This document shows, piece after piece, positions 26,971 through 33,848 of a stretch of 44,477 bases of DNA. The DNA is from a bacterium. Its GTDB lineage: Bacteria > Patescibacteriota > Patescibacteriia > JACQRZ01. A program made the translations under genes and the position numbers. Location: positions 1 through 44,477 of the forward strand of contig JAUYIE010000012.1 in the NCBI GenBank assembly GCA_030688365.1, in the 5' to 3' direction. The notes under the pieces are model-generated. The model had not been told where the DNA came from. It did not search any database and saw only the letters and a list, made by a program, of their open reading frames with translations. How positions within the stretch are numbered: the stretch's first letter is position 1; every line of letters starts with the position of its first letter.

Positions 26971-28221
26971 ATGTGGAAAAGAATCAAACAATTCTTTAGA
27001 GAAAAAGGTCCGGGACTTGTAACGGGGGCAGCGGATGATGACCCATCAGGTATTGGGACATACACGTTTGCAGGTGCTCGCTTTGGTTTGGGTCAACTTT
27101 GGTCTGTACTTTTTACGTTACCGTTGATGATCGCGGTGCAAGAGCTATGTGCACGTATCGCTCTTGTTACAGGTAAGGGTTTGGCTGGTGTGTTGAAGAT
27201 ATATTATCCGCGATGGATTTTGTATATCTGCGTATGTTTGTTGTTGATTGCCAATACGATGAACATCGGCGCGAACATTGGCGCTATGGCGGCGGCAACT
27301 CGTCTTTTGATAGACATTCCTTTTGTGATTTTGGTTTTATTTTTTGTGATGACTACTCTTCTTTTGGAGGTTTTTGTTTCCTATAAAGTGTATGCTCGAT
27401 ACCTCAAATGGCTTGCATTGTCTTTGTTTGCGTATGTCATCACTGCATTTGTGGTACAACCCGATTGGTGGGAGGTGGTGAGACATCTTACTGTTCCCAC
27501 GATTCATTTTTCTAAAGAGTTTTTTATCATCCTTGTCGCAATATTTGGTACTACAATATCTCCTTACCTTTTTTTCTGGCAAGCTTCACAAGAGGTAGAA
27601 GATGAGATATCAAAAGGAAAGAAAACTATTGCCCAGCGCAAAGGTGCCACTGTTCATGAAATGCGTATTATGAGGTCGGATGTAAAGACGGGGATGATAT
27701 TTTCTAATGTGGTCGCTTTTTTTATCATGCTTACTGCCGCTTCTACCTTGTATCCCAAAGGTATTGTGGTAGAAACAGCACAAGATGCCGCACAAGTGCT
27801 TGCACCGATTGCCGGCCCTTTTGCTTCATTGCTTTTTACGGTAGGTATCATTGCTACAGGACTTTTGAGCATCCCCGTGTTGGCGGGATCGGCGTCGTAT
27901 GCTTTTTCTGAAACATTTGGATGGAAAGAAGGATTGTATCGCAAGTTTAGAGACGCCCATGGGTTTTATGGTGTTATCACTCTTGCCTTGTTGGTGGGGC
28001 TTATGCTAAATTTTATCGGTCTTGATCCTATAAAAATGCTGTTGTGGACTGCCGTGCTCAACGGTGTGATCGCGCCTATCTTGTTGACTTTTATCTTATT
28101 GGTTGGTAATAATACAAAGATCATGGGCAAGTGGCGAAGTGGGTTGTGGTCAAACATTGGCATGACCGCGACTATTCTGGTGATGACAGGGGCGATTGTT
28201 GTTAGTTTTATACTCTGGTAA
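26971..28221 (+). CDS. NRAMP-family divalent metal cation transporter
   Basis: 416 aa, polytopic, with an N-terminal GPGLVTGAADDDPSGIGTY block typical of the family. Confidence 0.75.
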   Translation: MWKRIKQFFREKGPGLVTGAADDDPSGIGTYTFAGARFGLGQLWSVLFTLPLMIAVQELCARIALVTGKGLAGVLKIYYPRWILYICVCLLLIANTMNIGANIGAMAAATRLLIDIPFVILVLFFVMTTLLLEVFVSYKVYARYLKWLALSLFAYVITAFVVQPDWWEVVRHLTVPTIHFSKEFFIILVAIFGTTISPYLFFWQASQEVEDEISKGKKTIAQRKGATVHEMRIMRSDVKTGMIFSNVVAFFIMLTAASTLYPKGIVVETAQDAAQVLAPIAGPFASLLFTVGIIATGLLSIPVLAGSASYAFSETFGWKEGLYRKFRDAHGFYGVITLALLVGLMLNFIGLDPIKMLLWTAVLNGVIAPILLTFILLVGNNTKIMGKWRSGLWSNIGMTATILVMTGAIVVSFILW

Positions 28222-28224
28222 CAC

Positions 28225-28300
28225 GCGGGTATCGTATAGTGGTTTTTTATATCACCCTTCCAAGGTGAGGAGGCGGGTTCGATTCCCGCTACCCGCTCCA
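28225..28300 (+). tRNA. tRNA-Gly(UCC), CCA encoded
   Basis: Acceptor GCGGGTA pairs with TACCCGC. Anticodon stem TCACC/GGTGA with loop CTTCCAA. T-arm GCGGG-TTCGATT-CCCGC. Confidence 0.85.
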
Positions 28301-28345
28301 AAGGATCTGCCAGAGATGGCGGATTTTTTGTATCTTTATATGGTA

Positions 28346-28374
28346 TTGACATTGTCATTACATTGTTATATACT
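28346..28374 (+). promoter_or_regulatory. Sigma70-like promoter with an overlapping palindrome (candidate antitoxin operator)
   Basis: TTGACA (28346..28351), 17-nt spacer, TATACT (28369..28374). The palindrome TGACA-T-TGTCA overlaps the -35 box. Confidence 0.6.
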
Positions 28375-28392
28375 TATTTTAGACATAAATAT

Positions 28393-28683
28393 ATGATGAC
28401 TCAAATTCAAATTAGAATTGACGAGCGAACAAAGCGAGATGCTCAAAAAGTCCTTGAAACAGTAGGTCTTGATTTAAGTTCTGCGATCAAGGTATATCTC
28501 AAACAGGTAATTATTCACAAAGGTATTCCATTAATGCTTGTAACTGAAAATGGACTTACCCCCTTTGAAGAACAAGCTATCCTCAAAGCCTCAGCTGAAG
28601 CACGGTCTGGGAAAAATACTAAGCAGACTGAAAGTTGGAAAGAAACAAAGGTCTACCTCGACTCTTTAAAATCTAAGAAATGA
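28393..28683 (+). CDS. RelB/DinJ-family antitoxin
   Basis: IQIRIDERTKRDAQKVLETVGLDLSSAIKVYLKQV is a ribbon-helix-helix DinJ-like N-terminus. ATGA overlap with the downstream toxin frame. Confidence 0.75.
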   Translation: MMTQIQIRIDERTKRDAQKVLETVGLDLSSAIKVYLKQVIIHKGIPLMLVTENGLTPFEEQAILKASAEARSGKNTKQTESWKETKVYLDSLKSKK

Positions 28684-28940
28684 TCTTGAAATTTCACAAA
28701 CGTTTTGAAAAACGATATTCAAAGCTAAGTCAGAAATTGCAGATTAAGATTGATGCAACCCTAGAAATCTTTCAGAATAATCCACATGATCCTTCTCTTA
28801 GGAATCATGCTTTGAAAGGTTCGCTGTCTGATAAGTGAGCTATTTGTGTCACAGGGGATGTCAGGATTATTTTTGAAGAGGTAGATAATTACATTGTCGT
28901 ATATCTACTTGATGTAGGAACGCATAGTCAAGTATATTAA
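28680..28940 (+). pseudogene. YafQ/RelE-family toxin gene interrupted by an in-frame TGA
   Basis: Manual translation gives MILKFHKRFEKRYSKLSQKLQIKIDATLEIFQNNPHDPSLRNHALKGSLSDK*AICVTGDVRIIFEEVDNYIVVYLLDVGTHSQVY*. The stop lies at 28836..28838. Both halves look RelE/YafQ-like. Confidence 0.65.
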
Positions 28941-28967
28941 TTAGTTTCTATAATAATTTACTCACTT

Positions 28968-30731
28968 ATGGAAAAAGTTCCACAGTTCATTCGTAAATTT
29001 TCTAAAGAAAAATTTCCAAAAGAACGACAAAAGATGGCCGGAGATATACGGGCCAAAAGAATGAAACACTTTGAAACACAGCGTGATATAATACAGCAAG
29101 AGAATAAGTCAGCACATGACCTCAACGCGCATGAACGGCAATTGATAGACCAGCTAAATAATGTCGAGGGATTAACAAAAGAAATTGCTGATCTTTCTCA
29201 ATCAAGACTTACCCAACTTCTTCATTATTTTGAGGTTAAAAAACTTCGTGCCGATCTTGTTGGTGGGCAGAAAACATACGACGAATTGATGATTCAAAAA
29301 GATACAATACTTGAAAAAGAGAAATTAATCCCTCAACAATCAACAATAGAAGAAACACAATCCTCGATGAAAGAAGCTCAGAATATGCTTGATGGATTTT
29401 ATATTGATCAAAAAGAAAAATGGGTGGAGAGTGATTATACAAAAAAAGATATCACTGAAAATTTTTCAGAAGAACACCTTGTTTCACTTTCGACAGAAGA
29501 CTACGCGTTACTCTTGAAACGTTTTCCTTGTGAAATGGTCGCACATGTAACCAGGCAAGGCATTCGAGATCATGTGGGTCACATGTTTCATATGGCAGGT
29601 CAAGGTGAGTACTCCGATGGCTTTATGAAAATAGTAGAAGATGGTCATTTGCGTTCCCCGCTTGGTGTATATCTTGTTGAGGAAGAAAAAGATCAAGCAA
29701 TAGAAAAATTTCTCGACCTAGATAGATTTCCGACCAAACTAGAGGCTACTGCATATCTTGATAAATTCACAAAAAAAGACCAAGGAGATGCTGGGAGCTA
29801 CAGCGACAGAATGGCTATCCATTTTGCAACAGAGGAGGTGGCGGATGCATATTATGGCTCAGAAAAAGGCAATGAAATATTTATTGCCTATCCTTCCGCC
29901 TATATTGCTTCTCAATATTATTTTAACGGCGATCTAAAATCTAGTGGAGGCGGATATTGGAATGATCAATGGGTATGGACAAATGAAGATCGTGGAATGG
30001 ATTTGGATGCCGGTCTAGTGTTTATCCCTGAATCAGCACGAGTCGATATAAATACTGGCTCACGATATGAGCTTGATCACGATAAAAATCCTATTCCCGA
30101 TAAACAGTTAACTGAATCGATACAAGAGATTATTGATTCTCCGGATTTTTTTGCGTTTGCCAAACAAGCATATGAAATACTTGGTAAGTTTAGTGATAGT
30201 GACACCTATGAATACATCTATTCACACAACACAGAAGCGAAAGAAATCTTAGAACCTTTTCGTTTACAGCTTATAGAGAAATTTGATATTACTGATCGAC
30301 GTGCCCACCGCGCGATTTTAAACTACAATTTTTTATTCGGTCTATGTGTAACAAAAAAACATGACGATAATGAAGAATATGCAAGAAAATCAAAATCGTT
30401 AATGAGAGAATCTTTAAAAACTCGCGGAATACTTTTTATTGAAGCAAAAAATCCTATTTCATCAAAAGAATTTTGGGAAAAATATTTTGCACAACATCCA
30501 GGACAAAAACCGTCAAAAATTGTATATTATAAAGGAGAAGATCCAACTGAGGCGTTAGATCAATGGAAAAAAGATCAAGGTATTAAAAAAAGAATCAATG
30601 ATGCAACTATTGGATTTCCAGAACGACGTATTTCGCGTGATGATACGCGGGCTACCGATGGTCTTGATCGTTTTAGGTCTATAGCTGAAGAAGTAATTGA
30701 TAAGCATTTTCAAGACAAAGAGAGAGTTTAA
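28968..30731 (+). CDS. Large orphan protein (587 aa), function unknown
   Basis: Long uninterrupted ORF with a charged, coiled-coil-like N-terminal 150 aa and a His/Tyr/Trp-rich central region. No motif recognised. Confidence 0.6.
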   Translation: MEKVPQFIRKFSKEKFPKERQKMAGDIRAKRMKHFETQRDIIQQENKSAHDLNAHERQLIDQLNNVEGLTKEIADLSQSRLTQLLHYFEVKKLRADLVGGQKTYDELMIQKDTILEKEKLIPQQSTIEETQSSMKEAQNMLDGFYIDQKEKWVESDYTKKDITENFSEEHLVSLSTEDYALLLKRFPCEMVAHVTRQGIRDHVGHMFHMAGQGEYSDGFMKIVEDGHLRSPLGVYLVEEEKDQAIEKFLDLDRFPTKLEATAYLDKFTKKDQGDAGSYSDRMAIHFATEEVADAYYGSEKGNEIFIAYPSAYIASQYYFNGDLKSSGGGYWNDQWVWTNEDRGMDLDAGLVFIPESARVDINTGSRYELDHDKNPIPDKQLTESIQEIIDSPDFFAFAKQAYEILGKFSDSDTYEYIYSHNTEAKEILEPFRLQLIEKFDITDRRAHRAILNYNFLFGLCVTKKHDDNEEYARKSKSLMRESLKTRGILFIEAKNPISSKEFWEKYFAQHPGQKPSKIVYYKGEDPTEALDQWKKDQGIKKRINDATIGFPERRISRDDTRATDGLDRFRSIAEEVIDKHFQDKERV

Positions 30732-30892
30732 TTTTTCCTCATAAATATCCCCTTTTTCGCGTTTTACCCTTGACTTTTTAGGGGTTTCGTGTAAGGTAGA
30801 GGAGCTATCGTCGTAGATAGCTTTTTTATTACATAACTATTGATTTCTAACTTTAGGATTTCGCCCCATGCTTACCAAAGTGGACGAACCCT

Positions 30893-31681
30893 ATGAATGT
30901 GAAATCTCGAACAATTGGTACGATTATTGCATTAACTACCGCGTTGTCTTTTCTTGTTCCGATGATTGCTACTGCTACTGATGTGTCGGCTGATTCTGAT
31001 GACCCTTCATTATCATTTTCTTTTTCATGGAAATCTCTTGCTATTAATCCAAACCCATTTCCCTTGCCGCTTATCAATGAGCGATTGTTTCCGTTGGTCA
31101 AAAATGTCAGCGTTACGATCGCCGACACAAAGGAAACAGTAAAAAAGACATTGTGCGAACAGGTACAACTTGCATCACAGTGTCCCCTTCCCAATACGTC
31201 AATGACGTTGATGGATCAGACACCACTTTCAATGGATTACATTAAAAAACAGGAAAAAATTGCGTTGGAAAATCAAAAGAAAGAAGAGAAGCAAAAAAAC
31301 GATGTTCGTGTTCAATATGAAATAGCGTCATTACCCCATGCGGATGTAGAAGTGGGGACTTCTTCTGATCCTGCATCAAAAGTGATGTACGTTCCGGCCA
31401 CTGCATATTCAAGTACGGTTGATCAAACAGATAGTTCTCCATGTACCACCGCAAACGGATATAACGTATGTCAAAACAATCAAGAAAATGTTCTCGCTGC
31501 AAATTTTTTACCGTTTGGTACGCGGGTGCGTATCCCGGACATGTACGGTGATCGAGTGTTTACTGTACAGGATCGTATGGCTCATCGTTTTTCCAATCGT
31601 ATTGATGTATGGATGAAATCGCGTGAGGCGGCGCTTCAATTTGGCTATCGCAAGGTCAAAATTGAGGTGTTGGAAAATTAA
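30893..31681 (+). CDS. Secreted 3D-domain (MltA/RlpA-like double-psi beta-barrel) cell-wall protein
   Basis: Signal peptide (IGTIIALTTALSFLVPMIATA). The C-terminus YVPATAYSS...DSSPCTTANG...LAANFLPFGTRVRIPD...VQDRMAHRFSNRIDVWM is typical of 3D domains. Confidence 0.7.
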   Translation: MNVKSRTIGTIIALTTALSFLVPMIATATDVSADSDDPSLSFSFSWKSLAINPNPFPLPLINERLFPLVKNVSVTIADTKETVKKTLCEQVQLASQCPLPNTSMTLMDQTPLSMDYIKKQEKIALENQKKEEKQKNDVRVQYEIASLPHADVEVGTSSDPASKVMYVPATAYSSTVDQTDSSPCTTANGYNVCQNNQENVLAANFLPFGTRVRIPDMYGDRVFTVQDRMAHRFSNRIDVWMKSREAALQFGYRKVKIEVLEN

Positions 31682-31731
31682 GTTGAAAGAATTTTTGTGG
31701 AATAATTACATGGCAGTGTATTACCACTTCC

Positions 31732-32015
31732 ATGGGCATACGATACAAAGTCAATGAAAAATTTTTTCTCCGATGAACGCCGTCTATGGCGTACGTGCTT
31801 GGTAATGCAGTATTGTAAAACGACTTAGCATTATTTTTACAAGTGGTAGTGGAGATTTCCTTGAGCAGTTAAGAGCTGGCCTTGAAAAATTTACGGGAAT
31901 ACAGCAAGATAAGATATATAAGAGTCAAAGGGCTTCACAGTTGCGTCTTTCCACACATGATGCGCTAAAGGTGTTGCCTTGGATGTATGGTTCAAGAGGT
32001 ATTTTTCCTTGGTAG
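31732..32015 (+). pseudogene. Degraded free-standing LAGLIDADG-type endonuclease gene
   Basis: Manual translation of the first frame gives MGIRYKVNEKFFLR*TPSMAYVLGNAVL*. After a frameshift near 31809 it reads SIVKRLSIIFTSGSGDFLEQLRAGLEKFTGIQQDKIYKSQRASQLRLSTHDALKVLPWMY...*. It resembles the first half of DOD-type endonucleases. The second half is missing. Confidence 0.45.
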
Positions 32016-32063
32016 AAAGAAACGTATATATTTGGATTATATCCAACAAAAAGAAAAACGTTT

Positions 32064-32139
32064 GGCCATGTAGACAAGTGGAAAGTCGGGAGTCTGCAAA
32101 ACTCCTATTGCGTCGGTTCGATTCCGACCATGGCCTCCA
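32064..32139 (+). tRNA. tRNA-Cys(GCA), CCA encoded
   Basis: Acceptor GGCCATG pairs with CATGGCC. Anticodon loop CTGCAAA. T-arm GTCGG-TTCGATT-CCGAC. Confidence 0.85.
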
Positions 32140-32216
32140 ATAAAGAAGATCGTTTATTGAAGCGGTCTTTTTTGTTGCGAGAAATATAAAAACGCGCTAG
32201 CGTTGATAGTAATAAT

Positions 32217-32771
32217 ATGCCCAATGAAATAGGTCAGTGGAAAAAAGTTAAGACAATATCAACCCATCACTTTGGGAATTTTTATCATGTAGACGTGGAT
32301 GAGGTGACTATGCCGGGTGGAGGGTCTGCACAATACTCGGTGGTACGGATAAAACCCTATGTCATGATACTTCCTATCACGGCAAATGGTCAGATTATTT
32401 TTGTGAGACAGCATCGATATACTACGAATCACATCATGATTGAATTGCCGTCCGGGGGTTCTGATGGACAAGATCCTCTGTTGGCGGCACAACGAGAGTT
32501 GGAAGAAGAGGCGGGTGTTGTGTCAACCTCATGGTCTTCACTTGGTCAAATAGAAGATTCAAACGGGATCGTTGATCAGATTGGATATATGTTCCTTGCT
32601 CGCGATGTTCAAAAAATTGAAAATCCCAAGCTCGATCCAGCGGACAAAGATATGTTTGAAGTTCTTACGTTCTCTATTGAAGAAGTAAAAGCCAAGATCG
32701 CGAATGGCGAAATCTTTAATGCGCCGACTATTTGTACGTTTGCAAAAGCGATGTTGATGGGGTTGTTGTAA
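32217..32771 (+). CDS. NUDIX hydrolase (ADP-ribose pyrophosphatase-like)
   Basis: Nudix box GGSDGQDPLLAAQRELEEEAGV. Confidence 0.8.
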   Translation: MPNEIGQWKKVKTISTHHFGNFYHVDVDEVTMPGGGSAQYSVVRIKPYVMILPITANGQIIFVRQHRYTTNHIMIELPSGGSDGQDPLLAAQRELEEEAGVVSTSWSSLGQIEDSNGIVDQIGYMFLARDVQKIENPKLDPADKDMFEVLTFSIEEVKAKIANGEIFNAPTICTFAKAMLMGLL

Positions 32772-33040
32772 CCCTCAAAATTTGGTGGCGTGCATTGTAA
32801 GAATATGGCGATAGAACAACGGCAATGTGGCTAATAATTATGTATAATAGCACCACTATACATCCAGACCGCATGTGCTTTTAATTATATAGAAGTTGCA
32901 CTTGGGGCACGAATGTGATAATTCCGCTTAAGGAACGAATTGGTGGATAGTGCCTTGACAAAATCAGTTAAATATGATAAACCAAAAGCATCGTTATTTT
33001 TACAATCCAGTATGTTTTTCTGGGAAAGGATGTGTTAGCT

Positions 33041-33748
33041 ATGGCTAATGAGTCCGTGTTTAGTGTCGGTTTAATGCATGAAGTTCAGATCGCAGGTGAA
33101 AAGGCTGGGTGTGAACCAAAAGATTTTTCGCATCTTTCGAAAGATGCAGTGCTTTTTCGTAAGGTTCTTCGTCTGATCCGTGATGAAGTCACCATTTCTG
33201 AAAAAGTTCGTTCATGGAAAGAACAGGATGGCGTCATCTATTTCTCGGTTACTTCAGATGGTACGACCGGGGAAGGATGGATTGCACGTCTGGAAAGCAA
33301 AGGCTATGAAATCAGTGATGGGGTAAGAGTCTTATTTTGCGAAAAGGATTTCAAACCAACCGCTAACGTGACAACGGAAGTTGCTGTCCTTAAGGGGGTG
33401 CAATTTAAAGACGAAGATCGCATCACTATGAAAATCCAAGCAGAAGCAAAAAGAAATTATAAAATTCCAAACGCCGAAATTGCATGTTTGATTCGTGAAA
33501 AGTTCACCGCCAAAGACATTGCAGAAATGGGCATTTGTGAGATTATAGTAATGCATAAACCATTTGTAATGCATAAACCATTTGCAGATTCTGAAGGTGA
33601 GCTGAATTTTCTTAGTGTGGAAAAAGGATATCATGGGGATTGTGTGTACAGGTGGCACGCTAGACCCGACTTCAACTACTATCCTAGTAATGGTTTTGCC
33701 TTCGCTGTATCGTCAACCACTGTATCGTCAACTTGTTCGAAAATTTGA
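33041..33748 (+). CDS. Orphan hypothetical protein containing two short in-frame tandem duplications
   Basis: RBS AAAGGA 9 nt upstream of ATG 33041. No recognisable domain. Perfect 18-bp tandem duplication at 33548..33583 and a 15-bp-period repeat at 33705..33732. Confidence 0.5.
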   Translation: MANESVFSVGLMHEVQIAGEKAGCEPKDFSHLSKDAVLFRKVLRLIRDEVTISEKVRSWKEQDGVIYFSVTSDGTTGEGWIARLESKGYEISDGVRVLFCEKDFKPTANVTTEVAVLKGVQFKDEDRITMKIQAEAKRNYKIPNAEIACLIREKFTAKDIAEMGICEIIVMHKPFVMHKPFADSEGELNFLSVEKGYHGDCVYRWHARPDFNYYPSNGFAFAVSSTTVSSTCSKI

Positions 33749-33848
33749 TTTTTATATCTGATGAAATGAATATTAAGTTTTGCATTAAAACTGCAGAACT
33801 TTTTTATTGCTCAAACCCTCAAAATTTGCTAGCGTTGATAGTACGAAT

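Noticed and set aside
28836-28838. Reading the in-frame TGA codons (toxin at 28836, LAGLIDADG remnant at 31774) as sense codons, as in genetic code 25 or 4.
   Set aside because: TGA terminates many well-supported genes in this window at family-appropriate lengths. Examples are the ATP-grasp gene, the alpha/beta hydrolase, the DinJ-like antitoxin and the intron 1 and intron 3 endonucleases. Standard code 11 therefore applies, and these are true nonsense mutations.
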